A DNA stretch of 63,353 nt, filler included, from Choristocarpus tenellus KU-1152 (lineage: Eukaryota; Protista; Phaeophyceae), in NCBI GenBank assembly GCA_964200185.2. It is 10 parts of 10 records of this genome, joined end to end, with 100 filler letters (N's around TTAATTAATTAA, not from the genome) between each part and the next. Parts side by side here need not be neighbours in the genome. Positions count along the whole stretch, not along the records: positions 26,333 to 32,058 come from CAXNAD020009900.1; positions 32,159 to 40,842 come from CAXNAD020004448.1; 8 more parts are not named here. One strand, 5' to 3'. The first letter of the stretch is position 1. Each line of letters begins with the position of its first letter. The notes under the pieces are model-generated. The model did no database searches. It saw nothing but the letters and a program-made list of their open reading frames with translations, and was not told where the DNA came from. Position numbers and translations under genes: made by a program. Below are positions 26,480-38,397 of the stretch, piece by piece.

Positions 26480-28772
26480 CGGGGTAGGTACTGTAAGTTC
26501 ATATCGCCAGAGGGCGAATCCGTTAGGGTCGGCGGGAATACTAGCTGGATCAGAGGAACCGGCTACGACTGGAAGGAAGTTCAAGACCATGTTAGCCAAT
26601 GTGGTTGATAATGGCAAGGTGAGATTGAATGCTTTCGAAACGTGGAGTTTTGATTCAGGTGTTTCCAACAGTGTAACGGAAGACTCATAGTAAATGTATG
26701 ACTTCACCAAATGTCCACAAGACCACAACATGACCGTGGCTGATGGCATATCACTACCCATTATGGGGTATGGCAAGATTGATTTAAATCTCAATCTTGG
26801 CCGTGATGAGAGGGTGCATGTTTCTCTGACGTCTGTTGCATTTGTCCCGAAAGTAGCTTTCAATCTCCTCCCTTCACATTCTGCTAGTAGGGCTAAGGAA
26901 GTGAATATCAAATGGATTGATGATGCGCATCATATCCGTGAGGGGGAGGGTTTCCCCCTCGTTTTCAAGTGGAATGGTTTGTTGTTGAATGATGTTTGGG
27001 TGGAGGCCGTATTACCCCCTGGACGCAGGGCTATAGACACTAAATGGATTCACAAGGGCAAGACTAACAAATTTGGTGAGTAGTTAGATACAAGGCACGT
27101 TTGGTAGCAAAAGGTTTTCGACAGATTGAGGGTTTGGATTATCAAGATACCTTTGCACCAACACCGTCCCCTGCATCTTTGAAAAGGGTTTTAGCTTTAG
27201 CTGCAGACAAGGATTGGGAATTGAAACATTGGGATGTAAAACAAGCTTTGATACAAGCAGATACAAATGAAGAGATTTTTGTACGTCTATGTGATGGTTG
27301 TGGTAAATAGTCTGGAAAGATTGTACGTTTGATCAAGGCACTTTATGGCACCAAACAGGCAAGCAGAGAGTTTAATCATCTGTTGGTGCACGTTTTGGAA
27401 AAGTGTGGTTTTGAGCAATGCAAAGCAGATCCTTGTGTGTTACACACTATAAGAGATGGCGTTGTTTGTGCTGTGATAGCCCCCCACGTAGATGATCTAT
27501 TGGTAGCTGGTAAAATTGATGTTTTGATTTGGGTTCGCTCTAGGATCAAGGAGCAGTTTTCCATAGAAGACTTTGGTGATCTTGAGTATTATATGGGTTG
27601 TGAAATTTCATGCGACAGAACTGCACGGACTGTCACCATCAGTCAGACTAGGTACATTCAGAGTGTTTGTCAAAGATTTGGTATGGATGGGGCAAAGAAG
27701 AGGTCGGTACCCCATCATCTCTCAAGGACTCTAGACAAGAGTGAGAATCATCCAAGTGTTGATGAAAATACACCATACAGAGAGGCAGTAGGTAGTTTGA
27801 TGTGGGCATCTGTTATGATCAGGCTTGATATTGCAAATGCAGTTCGTGAAGTTGCCAAGTGCAGTAGCAATCCCAAAGTCACACATTGATGTGCAGTGAA
27901 ATGCATTTTAGCATATTTGAATACATGTCCCAGTGTTGGATTGAGTTTTGGTTTTTATACTGAGTGTGAGTTGAGTGCGTGAGCTGATGCTAGTTATGCT
28001 GGAGACTGGAATGATCGTAGATCAGTGACTGGAGGTGCAATTATGTTTGCAGGAGGAACAATATCTTGGATGTCAAAGGTACAAAGAGTTGTAGCTCTGT
28101 CTTCCACAGAGAGTGAATACATAGTTCCTAGTAGTGTGGCACAGGAATTACTTTTCTTGAGAAGTGTTTTTGAGTTTATTCAACCACAGTTTCCTAGGCG
28201 TTGCATTGATATGTTTGAGTACAACGATGGTGCATGCAAACTAGTACGAAATGCCACGAGCTCTACTAGAACAAAGCACATCGATGTCCGACATCATTTT
28301 CTGAGGGATTTATCTAGAAAAGGAGAGATTCGTGTTGTTTTTGTTGGTACTGCAAATCAGAGGGCAGATGTATTGACCAAGAAATTTCCCAGTCCGAGTT
28401 TTTAGACAAATAAAGTTTTTGATGAACATGTGACACAACATGTGTGTTTTATTTTTTTGTCGTGATTGTTTGAGAGTTAACACTTGTTTTCAGCAAGGGG
28501 AGGATGTTGAATAACCTAATGTTATTCTTACGTTGTCTGTGCTGATCCAAGTAAACAACATAGCTTATGTGTACGTTGATCTCTAGTTTAGTACAAGACA
28601 AGGTAGTAACGTACACAGCGATATGTTATGGTGAGATAGTGGGACATTAGTGGGACAATAGCATCAAGTGGACAATACCCTACGGATAATAAATGATTCA
28701 ATGCATGCTTTACCATGTAATTCAACTGCTAGCTTTCGGCGATGAGCCTTACGTGCGCCTAACTCTTCAACA
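26480..28772 (+). mobile_element. Decayed Ty1/Copia LTR retrotransposon: protease, RT, RNase H, PPT and 3' LTR; integrase absent
   Basis: WSFDSGVS (protease); KARLVAKGF, WDVKQA, LYGTKQA, ADPC, HVDDLL (RT); ADASYA, ALSSTESEY, TKHIDVRHHF, ADVLTK (RNase H); several stops and frameshifts. Confidence 0.93.
28505..28772 (+). repeat. 3' LTR (268 bp) of the Copia element
   Basis: Follows the PPT AAGGGGAGGA; begins TGTTGA and ends TCAACA. Confidence 0.8.
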
Positions 28773-29103
28773 TTGTTGAAGGTTGGGAAATTTCATCGTT
28801 CGATTTGGATACGAATATTGCCTTCTGTGTCAGTTTCTTGGCTTTTGTAACGAGGCTCACCTTTCGCTTGTTCTTGTGCTTGTTGGTTGTCCCTGTATCA
28901 CCCTAGTCATCATCATCACTGCCAGAGTTGGAATTGGGTTCCCCAGGCACGTAAGTGGCTAGAAGGAAATCGTCTCTCGTGACATTCTTAGCCCGTTGTT
29001 GAGTATACTTGACCTTGATCATTTTCTCTTTTGTGGCCCCATTGGGAGCAGTGGAGGCCTAGCCCTGAGGAGAAGGCCACCACAGGGCTTACAAAATGAA
29101 CAG

Positions 29104-29362
29104 GAGTGAAAGTATCTTAGAGGGTACCAGTTTTGCCCTGTTTGTCAATTTGGGGCTTGGCTTCCCATGAGTTCTCTCATGACAATTTCATACTCCAAAT
29201 TATTTTTGAGTAGATAAAATGTATACGTTATGAAAAGATGTTTCCGAAACAAAGATGTTGACACATACTAACAAACACGATAGCCAAAATTACATCAAAA
29301 TTACAACATTGGATTTTGGCCCCCAAATTGACGCGGCCCTACCCTCCAAGATACTTTGACTC
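29104..29362 (+). mobile_element. Family-A MITE
   Basis: GAGTGAAAGTATCTTAGAGGGT / ACCCTCCAAGATACTTTGACTC. Confidence 0.92.
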
Positions 29363-32036
29363 AAGGTTTGTGTTGGCCAGGAAGACTTGTTAATTACTAA
29401 GTTAGAATCCATGGTAACTGTTTTTCAGGTATTGGGGTTTGGAGTAAGGGATCTGTGTTGGTGTGTATGGAAGTTTTTGTGTTGAAATTCAGTGGAATTG
29501 TTGCGTGATTTCTCGGTGCTGAACATCACCTTGATCTCTTCACCGATCTTTAGTTCTAATTCTGCCTCGACATTTGGGGTGTATGTGTCCACGAGCTACC
29601 GTGGTATTGAGGGAGTCGACCAATCAAGACCACTATATTCACTGAATTCAAAGCAAGCGGGACACCAGCAACCAAAAATAGCACAATATCATTTTAGACC
29701 AATAGTGTACCTCTCTACAAATATCACATTGCCCAACTCCATTGGTCATGGTGCAGTAACCCTCCTTAGAGTGCAAATTGCTGTCTGCATTTTGGAATCC
29801 TCCTCCCTCAATCCCACAAGATAGACAGCAAAGGGGTCACTGCGCACTTCTCTAGCCTTCCCACGCTAGTGTCCCGTGGAACGAACCTGGTTCTTTGACA
29901 CCGACTCCAACATCAGTTCATGGTATTGCTCCAGAGCCAGTTTAACGAGATTAACATGTTGAAACCTGAAGCGACGGGGAATCGTGTGAGGCTCATAACC
30001 TGTTGAAACCTGAATCGAATGCATAGTACATGTAAACAAAATGCGTAGACTACGAGCGATGAGGAATCATGGTGTTGCAAAGCCCCGATGAGTGATATGC
30101 GTAGTCTATGTTATGGATAGGTGTAATTGTGCTGTATAGCATTGACGTTTTTATTATTTGTAACTGAGGTCATTGATCTCTCGGTCAAGAATGATGCGAT
30201 GTGAATTCAGTATTCTTTCATGAGATACTCAACGAAAGAAGTCCATGCTCTGTGGAGAGGCTTGTTATCTTGGCTGGCAAGGGTTTCCGCGGATGGTTTT
30301 AACTCTGATTATATTACATCCAAGTGTGTGTTTTATAGATAGTTGTCAGAGTGGCTTTGGTGCAATTTTAGGGATCAGTGACAGTCACGAAACAAATAGT
30401 AATCATCAATGTACAACTGTCATCTTCTGCTGATAAGAAGAAAGAGTAAAAGAAAAACAAGCACAACAAAAATTGAACCAATATGTGATGCAACTCAAGT
30501 GACGTACACTATACTATACTATTTGAGTGGAACGTAGAGCGACTGTTCTGTACTAGTGAAAGTATAATCCAGCACGTAACAGACCAATCAACAGTCAGTG
30601 TTGACTGGTGGAACTGTATCCTATCAAGGAACAATCAGATGAGTAGCCTATGTATAACCATAACATCGATACATTCTGTTGAACTGTTGATGAGTGATAC
30701 ACATTGCTTCTTCCACAGCACAATGTTTGCTGACACCCTCAGTAGGTCGGATTGATCTGGGCACCAAGAGTGTGTGGCAAAACGACCATTTCCATACGAC
30801 CCATTGAAGGATCCACTAGGCTTCTCGATGCTGCCAACCCTTGACGGTTGCAATATTCCAACAATAATCCTCCCCAACAAACCTGAAAGTAGAAATGATC
30901 AGAAAACCTAGAACAATTTTTCCTAACCCCACTAAATCCTTTCATGTTAAATATGCCATGTCACGCTTCATACCTACATGATGATACACGTGGTACAACA
31001 TGGTTTTTGTCACACTTTCGCATCTGTACCTCGAGACACGCGAGCAGCAGACTTGCTCCGCATGCATGTTATGTACGCATGCACTTGGCATCAATAGATC
31101 CAAAAATAATCGATACAACTAAACGAACAAAAGAACAGAGAGGTTTCACACCTTACAAGGCGATTAAAAGCATCATATGTGGGAATTCTCCATGCCTGCT
31201 ATCATACTTCATATGTCATACATGCTTCGATAGATAGTTATCATCTTAGACAAAAATTGGTTCTAAGGAACCCATTGACAATTATGCAATTGCCTACGAA
31301 ACCAATTGTTGGGATCACCCCACACAAACCTGAATAATTTTCCAATCCGCAAATAAATATCTTTTCGACACAGTTGATTGGATAACTTATGTTCAAAGTG
31401 CTACAGTATTTCCATCTGTACAACTAGCACAAAAGCTTGGTTGCGGTGGATGCTTCCTCTTCAAAGTAGCTTCCACTTTGTTGAAAGCTCTCATCTAAGA
31501 GATGTAATCCTCAATTAGTTTGAGAAAAATCATGAACTCAATCTTTGGTCTAAAAGAGCTGCGTGTAAAGGTGAGGTAAGTATCAACGAAGCTGAGAGTT
31601 CTGCTTTGATTGAAGACAATCGTTTTTTTGTGCAGAGTGGAAGGAAATAGTTAACAACCAAAGGTCCAGTGAAACAGAGGATCAAGAAAGACACTACTAA
31701 CCTCTGAGTGGGTATGTAGCATTGGTTTGGATTGGCGGAAACATAGCTAAGTGTGAGGTCAACAGGAAATGCTGCCCTTGTGCTGCACCTGGCAGGCAGG
31801 AGGCTTGTCACAATCTTGGATGCAGTGTTTCTGAGTGCCTATGGAAAGGAAAAACGGCCGCTCATCCACATGACAAAATGGTCCTCAATTTGGTCCAAGC
31901 TCTTTGAATCTCCTGGCCCTCAATGACCCAGGATGTTGCCTACCTCAGCCTCTTGCAACTTGCTCTCATATTTTAGAAACGACTCAAGATAGGTTGAACA
32001 TGCCCTTAAACCAAGCTCCTTCATGTTGTGCATGAT

Positions 32037-32058
32037 GACCCAAAGTATCTGGGAGGGG
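32037..32058 (+). mobile_element. Family-B MITE left end at contig break
   Basis: TGAT|GACCCAAAGTATCTGGGAGGGG. Confidence 0.75.
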
Positions 32059-32158
32059 NNNNNNNNNNNNNNNNNNNNNNNNNNNNNNNNNNNNNNNNNN
32101 NNTTAATTAATTAANNNNNNNNNNNNNNNNNNNNNNNNNNNNNNNNNNNNNNNNNNNN

Positions 32159-35100
32159 GCGACAGGTATTCATGCCCAAAGTGCTCCATCACGCATATGG
32201 GCGAATGTGCCTACGTGGAGATTATAGGCGACGAGGGGCACAAGGATCGATTATGTATCAATTGCCCCATGGCACAGGAGGGCAGCGAAGGGTCTGGATC
32301 GGTGGGGAAGGAAGCAGCGGGTCGGGGCAGGGGCAGGGGCAAGGGTAAGGGTAAGGGTAAGGGTAAACGTAACGCAAGGAGCGCGGGCGGGTCACCCACC
32401 AGACAAAGCCTTTTACGTCCCCCCTCACCAAGTAAAACGGGGGACGTGGAGAAGTGCATGTGGGTCTTGGCGTGGTTGCACATTATACGGACGTACAAGT
32501 CGTCTCTGCGTGTTTGTTTTCGCATTGGTTTGCACGTGGGTCTTGGCTGCTTGTACATCATGTGGATTGCTTGTCCTTTGTGCATTGGATGTGTCGTTTT
32601 TTTGGAGGTTTCCATGGGACATGGAACTTACATGGGTGTTTTTACGTCTACCCTCCTTGCTCGAGATGTATCTCATGGGTCTGGCGTTGTGGAGGTTGCG
32701 CCTTGACTTTTCGGGGATGCCGCCGAAATATTGTCAGGACCTCACTTAATGATACGATTGCCTGCACTGTTGTTTACGACGCTGTCCTTCTTGTCGTGCT
32801 GTCTGTATACCGTGTCGTGTATCATGATGTCCATCCAGGACTGAGAACACTGCACTACACGACCTTCGCCCTCTCGACCCCACGATACCCTTAGACGGCC
32901 TGAAAGAGTTCGAGTTCTGTAATGCGCCAAAGCTCGCCATAGTGTCCATTGCCGCCGAGCCAATACTCCTCAACGACAACGAGGCGACCAATGAACACTT
33001 GCGCCAGGTGGTTATGTGCTTGCAGATGAAGCTACATCCTCAGGGCACAATCGCGCTATTTGTGCCCCAGCCGTGGGCCTTGCACTTACACCGCCTACAC
33101 GGTGAGTTTGGGAGTTCGCCAGCACTGAAATACGGGGTATATTGCTGGAGACTATTGCAATCCGCCATGGCCGTTATCAGTCCGTTCGTGTGCTGATCGA
33201 ATATTGTGCGGTCGTTCAGGAGATGCGGATTATGTCGTGTGTCTCTCTTTTTCACTTTCCCCATATCCTTTCATGTTCTTCGTACATTGCATTTCCTTTT
33301 CTTTTTTTTTGTGTCTCTTGCTCTTTCCCCCGGGTCGTTCGTAGTTCTTTGTTTCATTGTACGTGAATCGCATGCTCTAGTGTTAACTTGTCTCCACTAC
33401 ACAATTTTTGACGTCTTTCCTTCTACTACAGAATTTCCTATAGTTTGCATTTTTTTTTCTTCCATTTGTTATTTGCCTTGCGTTCCACAAGAACAGGACT
33501 ATTATAATGTTAGTGGTAATGAGATTTCATGAATATCTACGACAACTACTTGTGTGATGTCACTGTCGAGTTTGACGCATGCCGGACCCACGCGCTCGCT
33601 CCCGCCTTCTCTTCGTTCAGGGGCTCTTATGGCCTCGAAGGCGGCCTTGGTTGTGGAGGATTATCCCCTGCTTATAATATACAAGACGAGGGGGGGGGGG
33701 CGCCCTCTCTCAGGCACGGATAACCATCTCAGATCTTGCCAGGACATGATTCTTCTCGCGCACAACGATGGGACAGAGTTCACATGCAACAAGAGAGTCA
33801 CCGTCGACCAGATCTTTGGCCACGGGCGTCGGGCGTATCCTCCGGTGCTCCAAACCATGTATGACGTCGAATACCAAGGTGCTGCAACGGACATCCCTAT
33901 GAGGGCCCTCCACTTCCTCGTTAACAGGTTCGTTAATAACGTCACGCACACCCTTCTTCACGGTAGCAGCGACTTTTTTTGTACAGGTGTAGAACATCGT
34001 TAAACAGTAACACAACAGGCTGGGTGACGATGCAGGGGCGTCAAACCACACCGCGAGTGACCTTCCCCGAATCAGTATATGTTAAGCATCTGTTTGCACC
34101 AAGAGTGTGTTGCTCTGTGTCGATAGGTTACTCTTCGATGTGTGATATGATGAATCCGTGCGCAATACAACGTATGTACTCTTTGAGATATAATTGACGA
34201 ACTGCCCTCCTATGATAGGTACACGAATGCTGGGGACACCATTGTCTCCTTCAGCGCAGAGAGGCACAATGTGGTGGAGGCGGCCCTTGAACGGAGCAGG
34301 AGGGTGGAGGTGTTCGTGTCCAACGCGGCATTCAAGGACGAGGTGAAAGAGAAGATGAAGATCTCCTTCGCCCAAGCCTACAAGGACGGCAAGTGGAAGG
34401 TAAGAAGGGTGTGCTGGCTTTTTTCCCATTGCTTTCCAACTTGTTGTCTGTCTTATTCTCCTATGGATAGGTCTCGGGCGTGTGATTGTTGTAGTGATGT
34501 TTCCTTGTCGATATTTATACGTTGTTCACACGGTGCACGTGGTTACGCATGCCACAAACGGAAATCGCGAGACCCCAAGACTTTGTGTGTACGCATGCCA
34601 CAAATGTGCTGCAGTACACCTCAAGATCTTGAACCAACGCCGGAATAACCTCAACGTACATGACGAAACCTTATCGCATGGCAAAACACTTTAATGCCAC
34701 ATGGTTGGGCTGTTCATATGTACGCATGTAACGTTGCAGGTATCCACGTCTCTCGTTCAAGAACGCGTGATAGGCCCTTCCTGCCTGCCGGAAGCCTTGG
34801 GGCAGACCCTCGTCCCAATTGAGACGCATCGATGTTTTGCTGAGGCCGTCAATCCTCAGGGAAAGGCGATGGGACACGATGAGGCGACCATTTTCGTTGC
34901 AAAGGCGGTGGCGACGGACTTCGGCTACCAGATCGAGGTGAATGTGGTATAGAATGCACTTTGTTACATATTTTGTGAAGATCAAATGGCAGAGTCAACA
35001 TCTTGGCACGCAGAATAAGCTCTTTTTTTAATTCCAGAGTCCGAACCTATCTAATGCACCACCCAAATACGTCGCTTAGAAAACTATGGGTCTTGGCGGG

Positions 35101-36299
35101 TAAAAGAGTATTTGATCCGTTGTGTCCTCAACGCGAGCCAAAGTATCTTTAAAGGGTACGACTGCGTCCATTTGGGGGCCAAAACCCAATGTTGTGATTT
35201 TGATGTTGTTTTGGCTATCGTGTTTGTTAGGAAGTGTCAATATGTTTGTTCCAGACACACCTCTTCATAACGTATACAATTTACCTACTCCCAAACATTT
35301 CAGAGTTGATAGAACATCATAAAAAAAAAAACGTGAAGCCAAGCACCAAATGGACAAACAGGGCAAGACTCGTGTACCCTCCAAGATACTTTCACTCACG
35401 TTTGCCACAATAAGGTTGACGTTTTTGCACCACCTTCGGATGAGATTACCTCCAAAAAGCATTACATTCATGAATGACCGAACTCTGCCCCCCCCCCCAA
35501 CCCTACCGCCGTCTTTGTCTTCCACAATGCTCAGCCACGTGTAAGCTCGTCCTCAAATCCTGCAGAAATGGCCTTATTCCCGCTTGAAGGGAAAGACTAC
35601 AAGATCGGCGGAAATGACCTCCCTGCGTGGGGTGATCTCCAAGTGTGCAACTCTCGATCGGAGGCCTTCAGTTCGATCTCTCTTGAAGACCAAGAAAAAC
35701 AGTGCATTCGGCTGCTTCATGTGGCCAACAACAGACAACTCAAGCGCATGCTTTTGCCTGGAATGGAGGTGTGTGAGCCGCACGCAGAGCTCTACTTGCG
35801 CGTGGCAGCCACTTGCCCTCTGTACTACATGCGTTGGACCGAGAAAGGAGACGACGCAAACATTGAATTCACATCACAAGTTCCGCAGAGCGGAAGCCGT
35901 GACCAGGTCCTCCTCCCCTTCTCCCAGATTGGCCACGGGCAGATGTTCGTCACGCCCATAGTTGGGAGGGTGTGCAAACCCCGGGCAAAGGATGACACCA
36001 GATCACCATTCAACGTGCTCCCGGGTCTTACGGTAGTGCGTTCTCGTGGGTTCGAAGTGATGGATTCGGACTCGAACTTGACACCAATGACCACTAGAAA
36101 GCGCAAGTGTCCCTCTTCCGGCACGGGTGGAAAGGGAAAAGGTCGTGAGGTATGCAGGGGCGCCGGTGATTCTGGCATGGAAGACAAGCCGGAGTATGTC
36201 AGCGACGTGGAGGAGGATGAGGAAGAAACGGATGATGAAGAAACGGATGATGAAGTGTGTATGATAGAGGAGGGTGATCGGGATGATGAAATGGAGTAA
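32159..36299 (+). CDS. 5'-truncated multidomain chromatin protein: PHD-like Zn finger + degenerate beta-class N6A/N4C DNA methyltransferase-like domain + degenerate SET-like domain + acidic tail; exons <32159-32453, 32839-33101, 33621-33927, 34219-34399, 34740-34937, 35535-36299
   Basis: Six exons join through GT-AG introns (phases 2,1,2,0,0) into about 668 stop-free codons. Motifs: CPKCSITHMGEC...LCINC; LHPQGTIALF; LIIYK...QDMILL; IPMRALHFLVNRYTNAGDTIVSF...VVEAALERSRRV; IEPRVSSSSNPAEMALF...WGDL...CPLYYM...ANIEF. The gene model is better supported than the domain calls. Confidence 0.75.
35135..35397 (-). mobile_element. Family-A MITE in intron 5 of the MTase/SET-like gene
   Basis: GAGCCAAAGTATCTT...AAGATACTTTCACTC, flanks ACGC/ACGT. 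Confidence 0.92.
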
Positions 36300-38397
36300 G
36301 AAGAGAATCGGGACGGGGGGTGGGAAGTAGGGAGGGGGGGGGGGGGAGAGGCGGGCGGGCGCACACGTTGGCAAAGTAATGATTGACCAATGGCAAACAG
36401 AGCATACGGAAGTGTTTTTTTGTTGATGATGCCTCGTTCGTGTGTCTGTTAAACTTCTGGTAACATGCTTACCAGAGTTGGCGCCTATTTTGCTTCTTGC
36501 GGTGGCAGGGGGAGGGGTACAACGAATGAGCAGCAAATTGATAAAGCTGGTGTTTTTTTTTTTTCTAACCATATTTTTGCTCTGGCCTGTTGTCGCCCTA
36601 TTCTCCCTGTTGTTTCTCTTGCGATATGTGACAAGTCCAACAAGTTTCCCGAAAATATAGATAAATGCAGATCGGAGTATCTGACAGGGGGTGGGAGGGG
36701 GTGCAGATTGCAACAAACGATAATTCGGACAAGACTGAGATATATTCATAGAATAAGGTCGATCATCATATATAATCTCAATACTTACATGCGCTCAGTG
36801 GTAGCTTCTTCTTCTACTTGGTGATGATAGCAATAATTGATAAACAATTTAATAATATGGTAAAATAACACTTCTCTTCTTCTTCTCACTCAGTCGACCA
36901 TCCATAATGACAATGAAACGCCGCCTCGAAAGAAACTACATCGAAGTACTATTTTTTTGTACCACCTCCACCATCAACAGTCAAACGACTCCACCGACGG
37001 CACTAATTATTCAAGCAAGCAATCCAACGCAGGGCATACATGTGCACGGCGATCAAATGAAATCATTGCCGCCCCCCACACACTGTCCTACTACCACCTT
37101 CGGCATGGATTCCCATTCAAAAAGTGGCACTTAAAAAGTGCCGCAACATTTTCAAAAAAATATGTATGGGCACTTTCTGCGCACCATTTTGGGTAAAATC
37201 CATCCTCCATTTTGCCGAGACGCTGTTATTTGAACTAGTTGCTTAAAGGTCATTTCTTCTTCATACATATAAATACATGAAGGAAAGAAAAAAATACTGT
37301 TTTTACAGATGTATAATTTTACTTTTTAGCCCCACAACATCATACACATACTATTAGTATAGGAATTGACAGAAACATTCCACAAACATAACAAATATTT
37401 TCGACCATCAGAAAAATTGTATGTAATAAGAAAACTAGGGTGGTGTCAGGGAAAAAATATTGAATCGGTTGTGTTCTCCACAAATAAATGCAACAACATT
37501 GAAAAGTATGGTTCCTACCAGTCCTTCAACATGCAGATGTTTGGTATGATGGAGGGTGGGAGAATGAAGATCCAGATGATGTGAGACATGTTGTGAGACA
37601 TGCATACAAACTACTCATTACTCATTACTTCCTTCTTGCGTATGTATATATATATTTGGGTTGGGCACTGCCTATTAAGCACGGTCTGTGTTTGTGCCTT
37701 ATTTTCTTATTACATGCGTACATCGCATGTCTGCATGTGATCGATGCCAAGAAAGTGGTGAAGTGGGAAACTGAAAAAAAATAGTACATGAATAATGTAT
37801 CCACTAATAGTATCTTGTAGTTGTTATCAAGGGTATAAAAAAGTACGGTTTGAACTCTCAACGAAGAAACACTACGCGCTTCAAGAGTGTAAGAGTTTTT
37901 TCCACTCCACTTCTTGTGAATACTTTTTTTTTTTTTGAACGCAAGCGTATTTTATTCTGGTGAATGTCTTGTTAATACTATTGGAGTTCGAATTTATGAT
38001 GCGACCTTCTGCCTATCGATTTACGCACTGGATTTGTAGTCCACTATAGAGGTCCTGGCCGACGCCTATCTTCTATCATCTGGAGTATGCACAAGCTCCA
38101 CACAAAATATTCCCTGTCCTTTTAACACCGCTGGGTCGTTTTCTGTATCATATCATCAACTTGCTTTTGTTTGGAATTGAGCTCTGTAGATGACTACTCT
38201 GATTACATGTGACATTTCACTAAGTGAATCTATCAGCAAACTCAAGTCATGAGGAGATGACAAACGGACATAACCTCAAAAAGCTCCCATTAAGAGGCGA
38301 GATGCACTAACCAGCCACTTCAGTGTTGTCTTCCCCTACATCACCACCTGGGCCCTAATCTTGGCCTCGTATGGCATACTGTGTGATGCATCCCTTG

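Noticed and set aside
30600-32030. Coding-like minus-strand remnants
   Set aside because: Multiple stops and no identifiable family.
32159-36299. Autonomous transposase for the MITEs
   Set aside because: No DDE motif or flanking TIRs recognised; the MITE here is an intronic insertion.
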